Shown here piece after piece: positions 63,685-64,000 of a DNA stretch of 64,000 nt (position 1 is its first letter; the number at the start of each line of letters is the position of its first letter). The stretch comes from an uncultured Ruminococcus sp. Its GTDB lineage: Bacteria > Bacillota > Clostridia > Oscillospirales > Ruminococcaceae. The stretch spans positions 10,591 through 74,590 of the forward strand of contig CAZKBF010000011.1 in the NCBI GenBank assembly GCA_964551225.1, read 5' to 3'. The notes beneath the pieces were generated by a model. The model saw only the letters and a list, made by a program, of their open reading frames with translations, had not been told where the DNA came from and ran no database searches. The translations under genes and the position numbers were made by a program.

Positions 63685-64000
63685 TTGGATTATCGTGAAA
63701 TTTTGCAGAGTATCGAAAACGATGAATTTTTATCGGAGTTTAAAAAATTGTATGGTTCAGACGACGAAGCGCTGAATTATCAGAAAAAGCGGTATCTCGG
63801 CGCAGTGAAGCGTTTCGCCGAGCTGTTTCCCGCGAGAAGCAATGTGCGAATTTTCTCCGCTTCCGGCAGAACCGAAATCGGCGGCAATCACACCGACCAC
63901 CAGCACGGCTGCGTGCTTGCGGCAGCTGTAAATCTTGATATAATTGCGGTTGTTGCGTTTCACGAGGACGGTGTTATCCGCGTGAAATCCGAGGGCTACG
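63685..64000 (+). CDS. galK: Galactokinase/GHMP kinase, 5' part only
   Basis: Hand translation from TTG 63685 (RBS AAGGAG): FSASGRTEIGGNHTDHQHGCVLAAAVNLD; runs off the window. Confidence 0.82.
   Translation, partial: MDYREILQSIENDEFLSEFKKLYGSDDEALNYQKKRYLGAVKRFAELFPARSNVRIFSASGRTEIGGNHTDHQHGCVLAAAVNLDIIAVVAFHEDGVIRVKSEGY

Overview
Chromosomal window from a gut-type Clostridia bacterium, probably Oscillospiraceae/Ruminococcaceae-like (inferred from gene content and order). Left to right it contains: (1) the end of an AT-rich defence island abutting the 3' end of tRNA-Arg(ACG), with an NgoPII-family endonuclease, two m5C methyltransferases, a MORC/HgiDII-like GHKL ATPase cut by the window edge, an orphan nucleotidyltransferase and integrase-arm-like repeats; (2) an XRE regulator and tRNA-Thr(GGT); (3) the housekeeping cluster remA-gmk-priA-def-def-fmt-rsmB-rlmN-stp-prkC-rsgA-thiN, without rpoZ, coaBC or rpe; (4) an unusual accessory stretch: four in-frame 144-bp copies of the thiN 3' end, and an AT-rich GyrI-like gene bracketed by a 48-bp duplication of the 3' end of an aldo/keto reductase gene; (5) a hybrid kinase-DegV-HD-GYP operon, a LytTR/membrane-protein pair, a two-domain ThyX and a Vor-type oxidoreductase operon; (6) a ~27-kb pectin/galacturonate locus whose ABC importer carries two ATPases and several uncharacterised membrane proteins; (7) fruK-ptsI and the start of a galactokinase. 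The best leads for something undescribed are the gene-3'-end duplication structures (19.3-21.9 kb) and the expanded oligogalacturonide transporter. All family calls come from motif recognition by eye; no searches were run.
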